NCBI GenBank assembly: GCA_964596585.1
Contig: CAZQUM010000004.1
Location: 1-24,000, forward strand
DNA: 24,000 nucleotides
Source of the DNA: an uncultured Gammaproteobacteria bacterium
GTDB taxonomy: Bacteria > Patescibacteriota > Microgenomatia > UBA12405
Reading direction: 5' to 3'
The notes beneath the pieces were generated by a model. The model was not told the origin of the DNA and did not search any database. It saw only the letters and a list, made by a program, of their open reading frames with translations. The position numbers were made by a program, and so were the translations under genes. Of the stretch, positions 20,666-24,000 are shown one piece after another (the first letter of the stretch is position 1; each line of letters opens with the position of its first letter).

Positions 20666-22915
20666 ATGATTACTGATTTCCAACACATTTTTTTATGGTG
20701 GCTAACTACTTTTTTTCTTTCACTACTATCTCTTCCTCTAACCTTTACTATTTTTAAAAAATTTTGGGATAAAGGTTATATTTTCGCAAAAACATTGTCT
20801 TTTTTTCTGCTTAGTTATTTAGTTCTTGTATTGGGAATTGCCCATATTTTACCCTTTACCTATCCTGCTCTAATCATTGTTTTTATTATCTATGCTTTTG
20901 TAAATATATATTTTTTTGCTAGGAATTTCCATCAATTTAAATCTATTTTTAAAAATTTTTGGAAAATATTTTTAGTTGAGGAGATAATTTTTTTCATTAT
21001 TCTAGCCCTTTGGTCTTATCTTCGCGGTTTTGCTCCGGACATTGAAGGCTTAGAAAAATTTATGGACTGGGGTTTTGTAAATTCAATTTTACGTAGTCGC
21101 TTTTTTCCTCCTGCCGACATGTGGTATGCCAATCATCCAATTAATTATTATTATTTTGGCCATTTTGTTTTTGCCCTTATCACCAAAGTCTCTGGTATTA
21201 ATTCGGCAATTACCTACAATCTCTCAATTGCCACTCTCTGTGCCCTTAGTTTTGTCTCTACCTTTTCTTTAACCTCAAATTTGGTTTTTCATTCTCTCAA
21301 AAAACCCTTGGCAAAATTTTATTTAGTTGCTGGTTTTCTTTCCGCTTTTTTATTAACATTTGGAGGTAATTTTCATCTAATTTACCGACTGGGCAGGGGA
21401 GTCTTGTCTAACCATCAAACTATAGCCGAAGCTTCGCAACAATATTGGTACCCTGACGCCACACGTTTTATTGGTTTTGATCCTGATACTACAGACAAAA
21501 ATATTCATGAATTTCCGATATATAGTTTTGTTGTTGCCGATCTCCACGGCCACTTAAATGATCTTCCTTGGGTCATTCTTATCACTGCTTTTTTCTTTTC
21601 TGCATTTGTGCTGTCTAAAAAGATTTCACCATTAATTTTTATCCCTAGTGGCCTATTTCTATCAATTGCCTATATGACCAATGCTTGGGATTTTGCCGTA
21701 TATGGACTCCTATTTGCTTTGACACTGCTATTCATTAGTAAAGATTTCAAAAAAACTTTTATTATGGGTATTTTGACAATTATCGCTTGGTTTATTTTTA
21801 CTCTGCCCTTTTCTCTCAATTTCACTCCCATGACCGAAGGTCTTCGTTTTTCTGATGTTCACACTCCCTTTTATCAACTTTTTATTTTATATGGTGGTTT
21901 TTGGCTTATATGTTTTCCTTTTTTATTTTTCCTTTTCAAAAACCGACATCGGCAAAAAATTCTCCTCACCGATTATTTTGTTTTGGCCATGATAATAATG
22001 GCCACTATTTTGGTTATTATTCCCGAAATTGGCTACATTAAAGATATTTACGTTTATGATTATCGTCGAGCCAATACCATGTTTAAATTGGTTTATCAGA
22101 CTTTTATTTTATATGCTTTGTCCGCCGGTTATGCATTTATTCGCCTCAGAAAAAATATTTTTTACAAATTAATTTTTTGTTTGGTTTTCATTGCTCACAT
22201 GTCTTATACCTATTTTCCCATTAAATCTTATTATGGTTTAAAAAATTATCAAAGCCTTTGGGGACTAAATTTTATTCAAAATACTGCCCCCGATAATTTG
22301 GAAGCTATCAATTGGCTTAACGAGAATGTCTCTGGTCAACCCCACATTATTGAAGCCCAGGGCGACAGTTACACCACTTTTAATCAAGTTTCGATGGCTA
22401 CCGGTTTACCCACCATTCAAGGCTGGCTGGTTCACGAATGGCTTTGGCGTGGTGGCTACGAGGCCCCCGCCGCCCGCCAACAAGAAGTTGATAGTGTCTA
22501 TCAATATTTATCTAATTTTTTAGAAATTTCCAAAATAAATTCAAATAATTTTGATGAATATATTGTTCAACCCGGGGATTCTCTTTGGAAAATATCAGAA
22601 ACAATGATTGGAGATGGTAATTTATGGAAGAAGTTAGTTGAGATAAATGAAATAAAAAATCCCTCTATTATTCAGCCTCTTCAAAAAATAATAATTCCCA
22701 AGGTTGAAAGTGAAATAAGTCAAGAAATATCAAATGATAATTCTATAACCTTAGAACAAATTGAAGATATTTTGCAACGTTATCAAGTAAAATATATTTT
22801 TATTGGTGCTATGGAATGGGAAAAGTATCCTAATATTGATTTGAATATTTTAGATAATTTAAAAGCCAAGCAAGTTTTCCAATCCGGTAATACCTATATT
22901 TTCGAGCTACCCTAA
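20666..22915 (+). CDS. DUF2298 / 'Chlor_Arch_YYY' family polytopic membrane protein (GT-C-like) with an inserted LysM domain
   Basis: 749 aa. Family-type motifs: EKFMDWGFVNSILRSRFFPPADMWYANHPINYYYFGHF and LPTIQGWLVHEWLWRGGY...VDSVYQ, plus the C-terminal YIFIGAMEWEKYP. A LysM signature YIVQPGDSLWKISETMIGDGNLWKKLVEINEIKNPSIIQPLQKIIIP is inserted at about 22559..22699. Confidence 0.75.
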   Translation: MITDFQHIFLWWLTTFFLSLLSLPLTFTIFKKFWDKGYIFAKTLSFFLLSYLVLVLGIAHILPFTYPALIIVFIIYAFVNIYFFARNFHQFKSIFKNFWKIFLVEEIIFFIILALWSYLRGFAPDIEGLEKFMDWGFVNSILRSRFFPPADMWYANHPINYYYFGHFVFALITKVSGINSAITYNLSIATLCALSFVSTFSLTSNLVFHSLKKPLAKFYLVAGFLSAFLLTFGGNFHLIYRLGRGVLSNHQTIAEASQQYWYPDATRFIGFDPDTTDKNIHEFPIYSFVVADLHGHLNDLPWVILITAFFFSAFVLSKKISPLIFIPSGLFLSIAYMTNAWDFAVYGLLFALTLLFISKDFKKTFIMGILTIIAWFIFTLPFSLNFTPMTEGLRFSDVHTPFYQLFILYGGFWLICFPFLFFLFKNRHRQKILLTDYFVLAMIIMATILVIIPEIGYIKDIYVYDYRRANTMFKLVYQTFILYALSAGYAFIRLRKNIFYKLIFCLVFIAHMSYTYFPIKSYYGLKNYQSLWGLNFIQNTAPDNLEAINWLNENVSGQPHIIEAQGDSYTTFNQVSMATGLPTIQGWLVHEWLWRGGYEAPAARQQEVDSVYQYLSNFLEISKINSNNFDEYIVQPGDSLWKISETMIGDGNLWKKLVEINEIKNPSIIQPLQKIIIPKVESEISQEISNDNSITLEQIEDILQRYQVKYIFIGAMEWEKYPNIDLNILDNLKAKQVFQSGNTYIFELP

Positions 22916-22926
22916 ACATTAATTGA

Positions 22927-22935
22927 TGTCATAAT
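22927..22935 (+). promoter_or_regulatory. Extended -10 element (TGtCATAAT) 5 nt upstream of GTG 22941
   Basis: TGTCATAAT-tagaa-GTG. An in-frame TAA at 22932..22934 rules out any start further upstream. Confidence 0.35.
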
Positions 22936-22940
22936 TAGAA

Positions 22941-24000
22941 GTGCCAAAAAACGATATCCTTTCTTCGCTTAACCCCCAACAGCTATCTGCCGTCACCTAT
23001 GAGGGCGGACCTCTGTTGGTTCTAGCGGGAGCCGGTTCTGGAAAAACTCGGGTATTAACTCATCGTGCCGTATATTTTGTTCAGCAAAATTTAGCCACTC
23101 CTAAAGAAATACTTTTACTCACTTTTACCAACAAAGCTGCGGGGGAAATGAAGGACAGAATGAATAAATTATTAAGCGTCTCAACAAAGAATAATCAAGT
23201 TTTTGCTGGCACCTTCCATTCATTTTGTTGCCAAACCCTCCGTATTTATGGGCGTAAATCAAATATTGATTCTAATTTTGTTATTTACGATTCAGATGAT
23301 CAAGAAAATTTACTCAGATCAATTTTAGCTGACATGAGTCTTTCTCCCAAGGAATTCAAACCCTCATCTATTCTTTATTTTATTGAATCCGCCAAAAACT
23401 TATTCCTATCTCCCGCTGATTCCATTGCTCAAGCCAATGATTTTTGGAGCACTCAGGCCAGTAAAATTTATAATCGCTATCAACAAAAAATGTCCGAATT
23501 TAATGCTCTTGATTTCAATGATTTGCTTTTTAAAACTGTTGAGCTTTTAACTACCCAGCCGGAAGTATTATCCAAATTACATAGCCAATATAAATACATT
23601 TTAGTTGATGAATATCAGGACACCAACCAAATACAATATTTATTAACCAAAATCTTAGCCCAACAAAATAAGCAGATTACTGCTGTCGGCGATGCTTCCC
23701 AATCAATTTATGGTTGGCGTGGAGCCGATTATCGTAACCTAGTTTCATTTACCAAAGATTTCTCTAATGCTAAAGTAATCAATTTAGAAGAAAACTATCG
23801 TTCTACTCAGATTATTTTAGATGCTGCCAATTCAGTAATTTCAAAAAACACTAAGCATCCAGTTTTAAAATTATTTACCAAAAAACAAAGTCCAATAAAA
23901 ATTAAGGTTTATGAATCTGATTCAGAAATTTCCGAAGCTGATTATGTTGCTTCCCAAATAAAAAATATCTCTCAAAATTATCATTTTGATTATAAAGATA
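22941..24000 (+). CDS. pcrA: ATP-dependent DNA helicase, UvrD/PcrA family (N-terminal part; continues beyond the right edge)
   Basis: Absent from the track because it is open to the edge. My translation from GTG 22941: MPKNDILSSLNPQQLSAVTYEGGPLLVLAGAGSGKTRVLTHRA (motifs Q and I), LLLTFTNKAAGEM (Ia), GTFHSFC, ILVDEYQDTN (II), VGDASQSIYGWRGAD (III). No stop before 24000. Confidence 0.9.
   Translation, partial: MPKNDILSSLNPQQLSAVTYEGGPLLVLAGAGSGKTRVLTHRAVYFVQQNLATPKEILLLTFTNKAAGEMKDRMNKLLSVSTKNNQVFAGTFHSFCCQTLRIYGRKSNIDSNFVIYDSDDQENLLRSILADMSLSPKEFKPSSILYFIESAKNLFLSPADSIAQANDFWSTQASKIYNRYQQKMSEFNALDFNDLLFKTVELLTTQPEVLSKLHSQYKYILVDEYQDTNQIQYLLTKILAQQNKQITAVGDASQSIYGWRGADYRNLVSFTKDFSNAKVINLEENYRSTQIILDAANSVISKNTKHPVLKLFTKKQSPIKIKVYESDSEISEADYVASQIKNISQNYHFDYKD

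Noticed and set aside
22326-22523. 65-aa plus-strand alternate-frame ORF inside the DUF2298 gene
   Set aside because: It is an out-of-frame overlap with the most conserved block of the host gene (GWLVHEWLWRGG). The locally higher GC is explained by those conserved codons.
1-24000. Alternative genetic code (UGA reassignment, as in some CPR lineages)
   Set aside because: All conserved genes are full-length under the standard code. TGA ends metG exactly where short-form MetRS proteins end (…LFPRIK), in an ATGA overlap with tatD.
1-24000. CRISPR arrays, IS elements, rRNA genes, long direct or inverted repeats
   Set aside because: Reading by eye found no regularly spaced repeats, transposase-like ORFs or rRNA-like sequence. 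Only short motif repeats were seen, such as CATGTTATA (2657/2694) and TTACAATA (9259/9269).

Overview
AT-rich, very tightly packed bacterial window that uses the standard code (TGA is the metG stop in the ATGA junction with tatD). Gene content and style suggest a reduced Patescibacteria/CPR-type genome; this is inference only. No rRNA, CRISPR array or IS element was seen.

Gene order, left to right:
- A partial XerC/D-type tyrosine recombinase, open to the left edge.
- A small TM/coiled-coil ORF.
- Three tRNA genes: CAT, CAT and the rare TAT.
- trpS, followed by a 416-bp structured non-coding region.
- rplY (Ctc form) and a small TPR-like membrane protein.
- A TsaC-TsaE fusion gene, a membrane-anchored hypothetical, tsaD, and a CxxC-less thioredoxin-fold ORF.
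- The rpsT-metG-tatD operon on the minus strand.
- murJ.
- A PilN/PilO-like operon ending in a large surface protein.
- A roughly 9.4-kb envelope-glycan cluster: a UbiA-family phosphoribosyltransferase, two tandem GT-C paralogs, two FkbM methyltransferases, a GT4, a PAP2 phosphatase, and a DUF2298/YYY GT-C-like protein carrying a LysM insertion.
- The 5' part of a UvrD/PcrA helicase, open to the right edge.

Most notable observations:
- The polyprenyl-phospho-pentose-like glycosylation cluster sits next to the pilus-like genes.
- MetRS has its HIGH signature replaced by SIGS.
- The TsaC-TsaE fusion.
- The tRNA-Ile(UAU) gene.
- A chain of mutually exclusive hairpins with a bidirectional terminator lies between trpS and rplY.
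- Extended -10 boxes recur 5-9 nt upstream of start codons, consistent with leaderless transcripts, and some form symmetric bidirectional promoters.

All family assignments come from motif recognition by eye. No searches were run.
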